A stretch of 64,000 nt of DNA, taken from Eledone cirrhosa (lineage: Eukaryota). The notes below the pieces were generated by a model. That model saw nothing but the letters and a program-made list of their open reading frames with translations. It ran no database searches and was not told the DNA's origin. The stretch covers positions 56,668,001 through 56,732,000 of the forward strand of contig OZ024747.1 in assembly GCA_964016885.1 (NCBI GenBank), read 5' to 3'. Made by a program: the position numbers and the translations under genes. This document shows, one piece after another, positions 41,200-57,034 of this stretch; positions within the stretch are counted from its first letter, which is position 1; the number at the start of each line of letters is the position of its first letter.

Positions 41200-41312
41200 A
41201 AGTATGAGCAAGACAAGGTCACTCGACCTGACACTGCCGACAATAGGACAACCCATCCAACCCATGCTAGCATGGAAGAATGGACATAAAACGGTAATGA
41301 TGATGATGATAT
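41200..41312 (+). mobile_element. RTE 3' tail fragment
   Basis: ccatgctagcatggaagaatggac..(GAT)n. Confidence 0.7.
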
Positions 41313-41319
41313 GATATGA

Positions 41320-41745
41320 TGGCTGCAAACTCTGCTAAGAGTATTGCAATCACTTGTCAGATTTAGATGTATGTCACTCAGATATGGCTTTTCAAGTCTG
41401 CTAGAGACTTGCACACCTTCGCACATTGACGACAACTACAGATCTCCCTGGCCTCAGGTCTTGCATCAGGTTGCCTGTGAACCTTCACAATACCATGGGG
41501 ATCATAGTTCACTGGTTCTCTTTCAACATGGCGGCGACTGTGGCTCCTGAGACCAGATTTTCTCAAGCAAATCTTTCCTCTGTCAGGGCACTTCAATTCA
41601 ATGAAGGCACTGATCATTTCGAGAGATACACCAGGACACATCCTATTTGATCTTCTCATGCTCTATGTGTCTGTCCTCAAAATTATGGACCCCCATCATT
41701 GTCCATTCCACACCAAGTTTCTCTTTGAAGAGTTTTTATCCCCCA
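41320..41745 (-). pseudogene. C-terminus of BovB-like RTE ORF with C2H2-type motifs
   Basis: ..GVHNFEDRHIEHEKIK.. then KCPDRGKICLRKSGLRSHSRRH and CRQCAKVCKSLADLKSHI. Confidence 0.6.
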
Positions 41746-41857
41746 GTGAGCCACCATCAAACCAATTTTTTTGAATGAGTCCATTACACAATCCTTGAAT
41801 CAAGCCTTGGCTTGTGAGGTGGTCTCTTACACATGTATATATATATACATGTATATA

Positions 41858-42902
<1,045 letters not shown>

Positions 42903-43007
42903 ATATATATATATATATGTATATATATGTATGTATATATATATACATACATATATATATATATACATGTATGTAAATATATATATACATGTATATATAT
43001 ATATATA

Positions 43008-43539
43008 GTTTTGCGACGTTTTGATATGAAATTGTGTGTCGAAACAAATATTGTTATACTTGGGGAGGGTCATATTTGTGTAATAATATTGCCAGAATTA
43101 ATAACAGAACACACTCACTGTTTGGTTGGTTTTCGCTTCTGTGTCTTTTATATCGGTTAATTTAATTTATTCGGTCCTCAATGTTACCATTGACTGACCA
43201 ACGGTCAAAAATACAGATACAATATAGACACAAACACATATATATAGTCTAATAAAGTTCTTTCGTTGCACATCTGCAACATCGTCAGTGGTGCTATTAT
43301 GTTTCCTCCCGTTGTATTGTATGCCTACGCCATCTTTATTTAGTCTGTTTATTATTTATATATTTTAATTTTTTTTGTCTTCTCTGCGCATGCGTTTGTG
43401 TGTGTGTATAGGGTTTTGTTTGATGTGTGTTCGTGTTTGGGTGACTGTGTATTGGTTATTGTATTCTATCTTAGTTTACTAGTGTGTCATTATATGTGTT
43501 TGTTGTGATTGTGCTTGTGTATGTATTTATTTATTTATT
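43008..43539 (-). mobile_element. Inverted PLE pseudo-LTR
   Basis: Reverse complement of ~45495-45941; homologous to 2608-3140. Confidence 0.88.
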
Positions 43540-44578
43540 CAAGGAAAACCGTGATATTGTCGGAGAGAAGTGTGTACGTAATGATAACGGTGTACTTGCA
43601 CTCACTGATGCTGATAAGAAGATAGCTTGGAAGTGTCACTACGAGAGACTATTAAATGAGGAGAATAAGTGGGAAAAAGATAGTCTGCCCCAAATCGATC
43701 CAATAGAAGGACCAGCGGTGCAAGTTAAAGGTAGTATAATAAGTAAGGCAATCAAAGATATGAAGACAGGCCAAACAGCTGGGTCTTCGGAGATAGTTGC
43801 TGAGATATTGAAGGCATCTGGAATGGTGGGACATACTATGGTCACCCGTATAGTTAACCAAGTAATACAGAATGGGGTCATACCAAAAGACTGGCGTAGC
43901 AGCATCATCATTAACTGCTACAAGGGTAAAGGAGATGCTCTAGATAGAGGAAACTATAGAGGCATTAAGTTAATTGACCAGGTCATGAAGGTCACAGAAA
44001 GAGTTATAGCGCAACTAATCAGAGAGCGAATTGATCTAGATGAAATGCAGTTTGGGTTTGTGTCAGGTAAAAGTATCACAGATGCTCTTTTCCTTGTACG
44101 ACAACTACAAGAGAAGTACCTAGATAAAAGTATACTCCTCTACTTAGCTTTTGTAGACCTGGAAAAAGCCTTTGACAGAGTCTCCCGCTCCATTATCTGG
44201 TGGGCTCTTAGAAAACTAGGTGTAGATGAATGGCTTGTGAGAGCTATACAAGCTATGTATAATGAAATAGTCAGTAAGGTTAGAATTAACAATGAATATT
44301 GTGAAGAATTTAGTGTAAAAGTTGGTGTTCACCAAGGCTCTGTCCTTAGCCCCCTCCTATTTATTATTGCCCTTCAGACTATAACAGAGGAGTTCAAGAC
44401 CGGCTGCCCATGGGAACTCCTGTACGCAGATGATCTAACGATCATAGCTGAATCTATGGCTGAACTTGAAAAGAAATTCCAAACATGGAAGCATGGCCTA
44501 GAATCAAAAGGTCTTAAAGTTAACTTGTCTAAGACTAAAGTCCTAGTTTGTAGAAAGGAAAATAAGGCACAGGTACCC
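43540..44578 (+). mobile_element. RTE ORF fragment with uninterrupted RT core
   Basis: YKGKGD..NYRGIKL, QFGF, AFVDLEKAFDRV, GVHQGSVLSPLLF, LLYADD, GLKVNLSKTK; no endonuclease, no 3' tail. Confidence 0.93.
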
Positions 44579-44584
44579 CACCAT

Positions 44585-45934
44585 GAGGTGGCTCCAAATA
44601 CCTGATACTCAAAGACTCAGCAACGTCCAGTAGTGCTAAGTTTAATATTCTGATCGCAGACTTGGTACGAGTGATGAAGAACGTGTCCCGCATGTGCAAC
44701 CCAACAGAAATGGAAAGACACATCCAACACTTCATCAACCGCATGCAGTTCTCTGGCTACAACCAAAGAGACAGAATCAGAGTATACGAAGGAGCCACGG
44801 AGAAGTATAAGACCCTCATAGAACTGGACATGAAAGGAATTTGCCCATTATACAGGAGCAAATCATGGAATAGCTTAGATAGGACTAGACATAAGATAGG
44901 GAAAGCCGCCTCATGGTATGACAACCAGAGATACCAGAGTGTCATGTTTGTGGATGCTACCCCTGGAGGGAAATTAGATAACCAGTGTAGAAAAGCCCCG
45001 AGAAAGACCCACTTAAAGATTAAGGTGGTAGAAAAGCCAGGAACCACCATAAAATCCCTTATCAGAAAACCTACCCTTTTAAGAAAACCCACTGTACTAA
45101 TAGGAAATGTATTATATGTAAAGTAAACCCTCGGATAAACTGTAAAACTAGAAACGTGGTCTGTAGCATAAGATGTACAGAGGGTACTTGCAGAAACATG
45201 ACAACAACATACATAGGCAAGACAGCTCGTAGCATAGGTGAAAGGATAGACCAACACTGGGGTAACTAAAAGGACAAAAAAACGGTTCAGTACAATACGA
45301 ACATGCCAGATAACAACACAACGGTAACATAGACAACATAGAAATTAGAATAATATCTAAACATAGAAATTAACCAGCAGATAGGCAAATCAGAGAGGCC
45401 AGCGAAATAGAACTTAGAAGGCCAAAGCTAAACAGAAAAAATGAATGGAATAACAACAACACCCAAACAAACAACACTGACCTAAGAGAAGTATAAATAA
45501 ATAAATAAATACATACACAAGCACAATAACAACAAACACATATAAAGACACACTAGTAAACTAAGCTAGAATACAATAACCAATACACAGTCACCCAAAC
45601 ACGAACACACATCAAACAAAACACTATACACACACGCAAACGCATGCACAGAGAAGACAAAAAAAAAAATAAATAAATAAATAAACAGACTAAATAAAGA
45701 TGGCGTAGGCATACAATACAACAGGTGGAAACATAATAGCACCACTGACGATGTGTTTGTGTCTATATTGTATCTGTATTTCTGACCGTTGGTCAGTCAA
45801 TGGTAACATTGAGGACCGAATAAATTAAATTAACCGATATAAAAGACACAGAAGCGAAAACCAACCAAACAGTGAGTGTGTTCTGTTATTAATTCTGGCA
45901 ATATTATTACACAAATATGACCCTCCCCAAGTAT

Positions 45935-45941
<7 letters not shown>
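44585..45941 (+). mobile_element. Penelope-like element 3' part (RT thumb, Cys linker, GIY-YIG, pseudo-LTR), decayed
   Basis: SKYLILKDSA..MQFSGY..PLYRSKSW..SVMFVDATPGG..KVVEKPG; after frameshift CTNRKCIIC..NCKTRNVV..YIGKTARSIGERIDQH..RQIREASEI..LNRKNEW; stops present. Confidence 0.9.
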
Positions 45942-45975
<34 letters not shown>

Positions 45976-46554
45976 GATATATATATATGTATATTTGTAG
46001 AGGTTTTGTTTTTACTATGTCTATAATATATATATTTTTTTATTTCATTTTCTTATTGGCTATATCGTAGTCAGCATTGGTTTTTATTTTGTATATTAAT
46101 TTCCTTACCCCCCTTACATTTCATCACCGTTGCATTCTTGTATTGCCCTATATCCTTAATGCTTACTTCAAACAATGTGCCAGCGGCCATCAGGCCAACG
46201 GGTCAACACATATGGATACATGTGACAACTTAACTGAGATGGTGACAATAGCCGCTAAATTATAAGAAGCCCCCAGCTGTGATCTGACTGAAACCAAACC
46301 AAAAAAATGAATATGGCGGAATACCACTATGACAGAATTCGTGGTAGCATATAAGAAGGAATTGGGATATTATTCAACCACTCTCAGATGCGAGTCTATA
46401 TTTTAAAACATATCTCAGGAGCTTCCGACCCCAGGTTCGATCATTAGTAGATCATTCCTCGAGCTGATCGACAGTGAAACATATGTAATATGTAATAAAA
46501 TATGTATATGATAAAACATTGATTCTTTGTTCCCATATATTTTAATACTATGTA

Positions 46555-46604
<50 letters not shown>

Positions 46605-46646
46605 TAGATAAATATACACGGGTGTGTATGATTGTGTATAGAAGAT

Positions 46647-47036
46647 TATATTAATAAGAGGAATTCCAACTTTGTGTCTGATTTACTCGTTTTATTTACA
46701 ATCCTTTAAAATTTATAATGGTATTATAATGAAATAGTATGATAGAATATTAAATGTTAAGTGTTAATTGAACAAGTACTTTCATGCTTTCGCAATCTTC
46801 AGGTTCATAATGTGTGGTGACAGTCAAGTTTGCAATTTTCAACTGAAAATTGCAAACTTGACTGTCACCACAGAATATGAACCTCAAGATTGCGAAAGCA
46901 TGAAAGTACTTGTTCAATTAACACTAAACATTTAATATTCTATCACACTATTTCATTATAATACCATTATAAATTTTAAAGGATTGTAAATAAAACGAGT
47001 AAATCAGACAAAGTTAGAATTCCTCTTATTAATATA
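46647..47036. repeat. Fold-back palindrome, ~195-bp arms, 2-nt spacer
   Basis: Arms 46647-46841 / 46844-47036; (TA)n close by on both sides. Confidence 0.92.
46769..46807 (-). ncRNA. Minimal type I hammerhead ribozyme
   Basis: tgaac CTGAAGA t tgc gaaa gca t GAAA gtacT T gttca; mirror copy 46878-46916 has CTCAAGA. Confidence 0.85.
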
Positions 47037-47289
47037 TATATATATATATATACATGTAGATAATATATAAAATTTATTAAATTATTATGTTCATCCACTG
47101 TGTACATGGCATTTTGATTGGTGAATTGTTGAAAGTACATGTATAATCGTTACAAAAAATGAACATAATAGTTAAGTGTGATGTATTGTAAGGAGTATTA
47201 AGAATTCTGTACAAAACACTAATTCATAAATAAACAATAGTCTACATTATGGTAAAGAAAATATATTTAAAACAATGGATTACATGAAT

Positions 47290-47292
47290 ACG

Positions 47293-47324
<32 letters not shown>

Positions 47325-47449
47325 CACAGACACACACAAACAAACACACTCATGCACACACACTTGCACACACACACATACCCATAGACATACACACATA
47401 CCCATAGACATACACACATACCCACACACTCATGCACACATACTTGCAT

Positions 47450-47480
<31 letters not shown>

Positions 47481-47755
47481 CATATGAGTGTGTGCCTGTG
47501 TGTATCTGTCTGTGTATGTATGTGTCTGTGTGTGTATCTGTGCTTGTGAACAAACACTCAAACAAACACACACATACACACGCACACATATATATATATA
47601 CATGAGTGTGTGTCTGCGTGTATCTGGCTGTGAGTGTATGTGTATGTGTATTTGACTGTGTATGTGTATATATATATGTGTGTGTGTCTGTGAGTGTGTA
47701 TGTGTATATGTGTGTGTTTATGTGTATATTTATATATATATGTGTGTGTGTGTTT
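47290..47755. repeat. (TA)n/(CA)n/(TG)n block
   Basis: Direct reading. Confidence 0.9.
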
Positions 47756-48454
47756 ATCTACGTATAAGTTTTTTGGCAACATTCTTACGAAAAAAATATG
47801 CAAAGAAAGAAGTTTTTTGCTGTCTTTGCTATTATTGCATTCTAATAAATAAATGTTTTGAAGAATTCAGCCAAAATGTTTGTTGTTTTTTGTTTCGTGT
47901 TGGTACTGGTGAGCTGCTTAAATAAGTTGAAATTAATGAAAATATCAAAGAAACACATGAAGAAGTAAAAAAAATCCAAAAATTTTCTAGAAATTCTTAT
48001 AAAAAAATCTACCTGACATAAATCTTACATCTTAACATAGTATTCTTCTGTAAATTTTATATCATAAAAATTCAGAGACCAGCTGCTTCAGCTTGATATA
48101 TTTGATATTCACTTTTTTATTTTCCATTATTTCATTTGGTGAATGGTATTTTTGTGTGTTTTGTATGTTTTTATTTTTTTATATTTACATATCTGCAATT
48201 TTCATTTCATATTTTTTTATTTCTTATTCTTGCCATAAAAAGTATGAGACATTTTAAAATCAATTTTCTTTTTCTTTTTACTTACATTCGTAATTTACAT
48301 TTCGTTTAAAGGAAGAAGTCATCTATATTATTATTCAAAATATTTTTTTAATTTTGTCATTTTGTTTGTTTGTTTGTTTGTTTGTTAATTTGTTTATCTG
48401 TTCTTGTATGTTTTATATGTGTATGTTTGTATGTTTTGTATTATTTTTTTTAAA

Positions 48455-49090
48455 CTGAGACATGGGTGATGAATGTGGAGGAGCAGAGAAGATTGGAAAG
48501 AGTAGAAATCTGAATGGTCTGGCAGAAGAGTCAATACCACTCTAATAGAAGAAGACAAACAATGAATTAGAGAGTATAATGGGAATAGAACTTGAATGTT
48601 GTAGAAAAAAATGGATTGAGATGGTTGAGTCAAGTGTTGAGGAAGGATGAAAAGGATAGGGTGAAAGAATTGATAGAAATTAATATGAAAGAAATTAGAA
48701 GAAGCGGAAAACTAAGAAAGACATGGTTAAAGATGATGGAGGCAGAAATGGAAGTTTGGGGTCTAGTGGAGTGATATGTAGATGCCACGGCAAAATAGAG
48801 AAGCTTGTTATGGAGCCTGCTATGGCTAACCCCTGCTTAACCCTTTAGTATTTACATTACTCTATATTTACTATTGTATTTTCATGGTAAAGACTTTACC
48901 TCACATAATTATCTCACATAATGTTGAATCTATGAGATTTTGATATTATTTATTTTCAGAACAATACCTTAACATCAGTATGAGTGGCCAGTTATGGCTC
49001 AGTATGAACAGAAAGAGGTGAGAGAATTCTGACCATATTCAGTCAGTTTAAATGCTAAAGAGTTAAGCAGGGAAAATAGTCTTAAAACAC
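48455..49090 (+). mobile_element. Old RTE-like 3' fragment interrupted by piggyBac-type MITE (48837-49066)
   Basis: LRWLSQVLRKD..GKLRKTW; MITE with TTAA duplication splits ccctgc-ttaa-gcaggg. Confidence 0.75.
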
Positions 49091-49159
49091 ATTGTATTTT
49101 TCCTGTATTTATTTCATGATTCATGTCAGTGTGTTTTGTTTAATATTATTGAAGCTTTC

Positions 49160-49353
49160 GAGGATGGTAGTTTAGCAGAATAGGTAGAGCGTCAGACACC
49201 ATGCTTTGCAGCATAGAGTTATGGCCCTTTATGTTCTGAGTTCAAATCCTGCTGAGGTTAGCTTTCCCTTTCATCCTTACAGGGGTTGATAAAATAAAGT
49301 ACCAGTAATGCACTGGGGTAATTGCAGGCCTTGTGCCAAAAGTAGAAACAATT
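49160..49353 (+). mobile_element. SINE family B
   Basis: Boxes and core; attattgaagcttt repeated on both flanks (TSD). Confidence 0.85.
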
Positions 49354-49463
49354 ATTGAAGCTTTTGTCATGACATCTTTGTAGAACTGATGTATATTTTT
49401 CTTTTGAAAAAAAAAAAACTTGTTTACTAACTCATATCTTTTTTTATATTTTCTTTAATCCAG

Positions 49464-49527
49464 TGATTCTTTGTTCAGTGATATAGCACACATTCTCGGG
49501 GATATAAGGAAGAAATTGAATATTTGA
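49464..49527 (+). CDS. Candidate terminal coding exon, unknown gene
   Basis: Strong pyrimidine tract then cag|; DSLFSDIAHILGDIRKKLNI*; AATAAA at 49649. Confidence 0.3.
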
Positions 49528-49662
49528 AGTCCACAGAATATTTTCTAAGGTATCTGCACATGAATATTACCATCTTCCACATGCTTGATAATATAAATAT
49601 GCCAGGTTTATCTTATGCAACCACGAAATGATTATATGGAACTGCATTAATAAAGAGATTTT

Positions 49663-49711
<49 letters not shown>

Positions 49712-50275
49712 TATATATGTGTGTGTGTGAGTAGATATATATGTAGAAATATTTTTCCTTTAAACCGAAAAAGGATTTTTCATGCAAAATGATTAGTAAA
49801 AAGGCTCAATATAAGCGAAAAGAATCAGATTTAGATTGACAGTATATACAAATATATTAGCTTTTTCATACTTGCATGGGTTGGACATATCCTTTCAACA
49901 TAGCATCTCTCCACTCATCAGATTCCTTTATCATCTCCCCTGAGATTCAATGATTTGAGATCAGCCCTTCATTGGTCTTTCTCTACTATGGCTTCCTCTC
50001 ACTAGGAATTTTTGGCACTTCTTCACCTAGCAATCATCATCCAGGTGTATAATAAGTTCTCAGTGAAAGTAAGTTGCAGTAGATGAAGACCAAGGAAGAT
50101 CTAGTCAGAAGTGATGAAGCATATCTTAAAATGATAAAATTTACTTAGGAGGTAACAAGGGTATGTGACAAATGGAGAGAGAATGGGCTGTAAAAGTGTT
50201 ATCCAAGCGTAGGAAAAAGATGATGATGATGATAATGACAATGATATATATTGCACTGGTACAGAAATATGATGT

Positions 50276-50677
50276 TTAACCCTTTAACATTCACAGGTGG
50301 ATTGGCAGTATCGGTAGAGGGTCAGACACCATGCTTTCCAGCATAGTTACATCCCTTTACGATCTGAGTTCAAATCCCGCCGAGGTTGACTTTGCCTTTC
50401 ATCCTTACGGGGTCGATAAAATAAAGTACCAGTAATACACTGGATAATTGCTGGCCTTGTGCCAAAAGTAGAAACAATTACTCTATATATACTATTATAT
50501 TTTCATGGTAAAGGATTTACCTCACATAATTATCTCACATAATATCGAATCTATGAGATTTTGTTATTATTTATTTTGAGAACAATACCTTAATATCAGT
50601 TTGAACAGCTGGTTACAGCCGGTTTGAACAGAGAGAATTTTGACCGGATGCAGCCAGTTTAGCTGCTAAAGGGTTAA
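50276..50677. mobile_element. piggyBac-type MITE (copy 5) with nested SINE B (50296-50480)
   Basis: TTAA ends; MITE sequence resumes at ttactctatat after the SINE. Confidence 0.85.
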
Positions 50678-51602
50678 GGAGAACAAGAATCATAGAAAGA
50701 AGTGTTGAGCACATGAAGAAAATGTAACACGAGTGTGAGGAAAACCAAATAAGACATGGGTTGAAGTTGTGAAAAGTAATCTCAAGAAAGTAATCCTCAT
50801 GAAAGCGATAACAAGATTGTGCTGACTGATGACTTTCTATATTACAGATGACCAATGCCCACCAGTACATGCACGGCCATGCTGAAAGAAAGTAAATATA
50901 AAAAGTGATCAACAAATCCGTTGAAAAGAGAGGTACCTTTAGATGATAATAGATGAGCCAGCTTCTGTAGTATTGGTGGCGCCATGATAGAATGTATACA
51001 ATACTCCCTTTCCGGTGATGGGCACTAGACCAAAACAACAATGGGTAAATGAGTGGTGAGGACCATTTTGCATTGTTGAGGACTTTTCAACCACCCTAAT
51101 ACTGGTGACAGAATAAAATGCTTCCAGAACACTCTCTAAAGTGGCAGTGGGGATGCAAAGATAGAATGCACAAAGTACACTCTGTAAAGTGGTAGTGTTG
51201 GTGCCATTATACACACACAGTACACTCTTTAAAGTGATAATTCTTGGTACAATGAAAAAATGCACATTGTACTCTCGGCAAAATGGTTGGGATTAGGAAG
51301 AGTATCTAGACATAGACACTGTGGAAGTATACAAAATATGTCTACAATTCATCTAACATGGGACAATGCCAACCTATCCAACCCACATACCTGCATGGAA
51401 AGTGGAGGTAAATTACTGATAATGCTGAAGATAATGATGATGATGATGATGATGAGATACTACATACCTATAGGTAGAGAGAGCAAGTGAGAGGAGGAGA
51501 GTGATAGGATATGGAGAGAAAAAGTGAGGGAGGGGGGAGAGAAAGAGAGTGATAAATACATTCCTAGATATATGCATGATCAAGCAGACAAATATATGTA
51601 TG

Positions 51603-52195
51603 TCATCATCATCATCATCATCACCGTTTTACGTCCGTTCTTCCACGCTAGCATGGGTTAGACGGGTTGTCCTGTTGTGGGCAGTGTCTGGTCGGCTGAC
51701 CATGCCTTGCTCATACAGGAACTGATCTGGCTTGATTTCTACAGCTGGATGCCCTTCCTAACACCAACCTCATTTACAGTGAGTGCTGGGTGCTTTTTCG
51801 TGGTGCCTACACGTCCACTTTACAGTGTGGGCTGGGTGCTTTTTTGCCGTGGCACCTCCACGGCCACCTTGCGGTGGGGGGGGGGCATATTGTTTATATG
51901 CTTCAGCATGTACCCATGGGAGGTCGGGTACCCTGTATTACTGCGTGACGCCAGAAGTCACGGTCGTGTGTCATTGACTTTGAGAGGTGTAGTTGGGTAA
52001 GGTCGGCTTTTATCACCTCATCCCAAGTCATCTTGGGTCTCCCCACTCCGCGGTTTCCATCAACTTCTAGTGCTCTGCACCTTTTTATGCAGCTGTCATC
52101 CTTCATACGCATCACATGTCCATACCAGCGTAACCGCCTCTCCTGCACGCAGCATTTGATTCCTCTTATGCTCAGTCTCTCTCTCAATTCCTTTA
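51603..52195 (-). mobile_element. 5'-truncated RTE LINE (related subfamily)
   Basis: [42 protein letters not shown], 3' UTR, (GAT)n. Confidence 0.9.
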
Positions 52196-52203
52196 TACAT
52201 ATG

Positions 52204-52255
<52 letters not shown>

Positions 52256-52608
52256 CATTATTTCTGAAGACGGCATATATATGAGTTGGTATGTATATTT
52301 GATTTTGATAGTTTGTATAATTTTGTATAATTTTGTACATAGATCTGTTAAATATACATGCCAATTCTAACACATATATATCCCAGAAACGATCGTTAAA
52401 TAATTAACTTTTTTTGTTTAATATAAGGAACTGTTTCATTGTTTTATTCATTATTTTTTAAATATTTTATATACATACATATATATATATATATAATCAT
52501 CATCATCATTTAGTGTGTCTAAAAATGTTAAAACGAATGTAAAAACAATGATGTTCATGATGATACTATATGCATAGATACACAAACACACACATATATA
52601 TAAATATA

Positions 52609-52660
<52 letters not shown>

Positions 52661-52933
52661 TGTAAGCATATGTATATATAACATTTTCTATAGATGCATG
52701 AATATATTGATCTAAATGCACACTGACACACAAGTAAACACACTCTAGCACCAACACATAAACCCATACACACAGAGAAGAATGTACACACACACACACA
52801 AACATACAAAAACAAAAAGAATATAGAAGTGCATAAATATATTTAAAAAATGGGCTGCCGACAACTTTAATGCAATCATTTTAAAAAGAAATTGTAAATA
52901 AGAAGAAATTTTTAGAAACCATATGTTTGTGTC

Positions 52934-55221
<2,288 letters not shown>

Positions 55222-55705
55222 TGAAATTATTCTCATTAATTTAATGCAAATACTTGAATATAAAAATAAAGATAATTAGCTCGATAAATAAATACTTAAA
55301 CACAAACACATATTTGCTATGTATTGATATATATAAGTCAATAACACATTACATTTCTATCTATTTTTTTCCCATTTGTAATTTGTATTTTCTCTCTTGT
55401 GTCTTTTTTATTTATATATGCTATTTTTCAATTTATCATTTTTCACATCAACTTTCATTGAAACATATTTAAATATTCACTGGGTTCAATTCCTGAGTTA
55501 TGAAATTTTTATATAATTTGTAATAGTTTTTGAATTTTTTTTTATTTCCTCCTTAATGATAATGTTGTATGTTTGTGTGTATGTATATATGTGTATATGT
55601 GTCTCTATGTAGTCATGTACATGTGCAGATGTGTATGTTTGTTTGTATATATATGTGTGTGTGTTTGTGTGTGTACGTGTGTGTGTATACATGTATATTA
55701 TATAT

Positions 55706-55865
55706 ATCATCATCATCATCATCATCATCATCATCTTCCACGCTTGCATGGGTTTGGACGGGAGTTTTCCCACTTGAGGCAAGATTTGTTGTCCTGCTTG
55801 TATAGGACTGTCTGGCGGGTTTTCTACGGCTGGATGCCCTTCCTAACACCAACCACGTTTACAGT
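55706..55865 (-). mobile_element. RTE 3' UTR fragment
   Basis: Homologous to 61830-61995. Confidence 0.85.
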
Positions 55866-56021
55866 ATATATATATATATATATATAGTAATAATAATAAA
55901 TTTGAAGACTAAAATCCAAAGAGGGCTCGATAAGGATAAATATATATCAAATATGTAAGAACTGTAGAGCAATTCTTTGCTTAAACTTTAATCTGTTATT
56001 TTAATAAATATATATATATAT

Positions 56022-56360
56022 GGAGGCACATGGCTTAGTGGTTAGAGCATTGGCCTTGCAATCGAAAGGTTGTGAGTTCAATTCTCAGACCGGATGATGT
56101 GTTGTTTCCTTGAGCAAGACACTTTATTTCACATTGTTCCAGTTTACTCAGATGTAGAAATGATATGATAGGGATTGGGGTCCATATCATTCCACTGCAA
56201 AGTGGTCGTGGAGGTGCCACGGCAAAAAAGCACCCAGCACTCACTGTAAATGAGGTTGGTGTTAGGAAGGGCATCCAGCTGTAGAAATCAAGCCAGAATC
56301 AATTCCTGTCCCACTCTTGCAAGCAGGGAAAAAGCGGACGTAAAATGATAATGATGATGA

Positions 56361-56364
<4 letters not shown>
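56022..56364 (+). mobile_element. SINE family A, full length
   Basis: Nearly identical to 35560-35905. Confidence 0.9.
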
Positions 56365-56394
<30 letters not shown>

Positions 56395-56505
56395 CGTTTC
56401 TGAATTTGTTTAGCAAGATTCTTTATCATGACCCTCCCAAATTATAACAATATATATATATATATATATACAATGGGTATGTCAACATATATAAAACATA
56501 TTTTG

Positions 56506-56570
56506 TATTTTATCTGATGAAAGCGCACCAAAATTGCCTTGGTTGCCCTTGAAATATATATAATAAAATA
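56506..56570 (+). ncRNA. Type I hammerhead ribozyme (relative of 34327)
   Basis: tattttat CTGATGA aag cgca ccaa aattgcc ttgg ttgc cctt GAAA tatataT A ataaaata. Confidence 0.8.
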
Positions 56571-56700
56571 ATTATGGTTTTATAAATATATTTTCCATTT
56601 ATTAATATATTGAATATTTACTCCAGTAAATTGTTGAGTGCTTTATATCAGTTATAAAACTTTAAAGCTTGTTGAATCCCAACAAATTAAATATAACTTC

Positions 56701-56767
<67 letters not shown>

Positions 56768-57034
56768 TCAAGTTTAATATAGAAATGGCTTCTACAAGAT
56801 TAATGTTAGGAGTAACTTACTAATTGTGGTTACTCTGATTGAACTCAGGACTCACACACACACACACACACACACATATATTTATACGTATGTACATGTA
56901 TGTAAATACATACAGATTGATAGATAGACACACACACACATGCACGTATATATATATATATATATATATTTATACGTATTACATGTATGTATATACATAC
57001 AGAGAGAGAGACAGACACTCACCATACATATATA

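Noticed and set aside
43484-43539. Hydrophobic signal-like N-terminus of the 373-aa RT ORF
   Set aside because: It is antisense PLE pseudo-LTR sequence read from a GTG, not a real leader.
46455-46495. Hammerhead-like CTGATcGA cagt GAAA catatgTA (similar partial motifs at ~18097, ~2612 and ~52385)
   Set aside because: Core spacing is wrong or stems I/II are missing; at most remnants.
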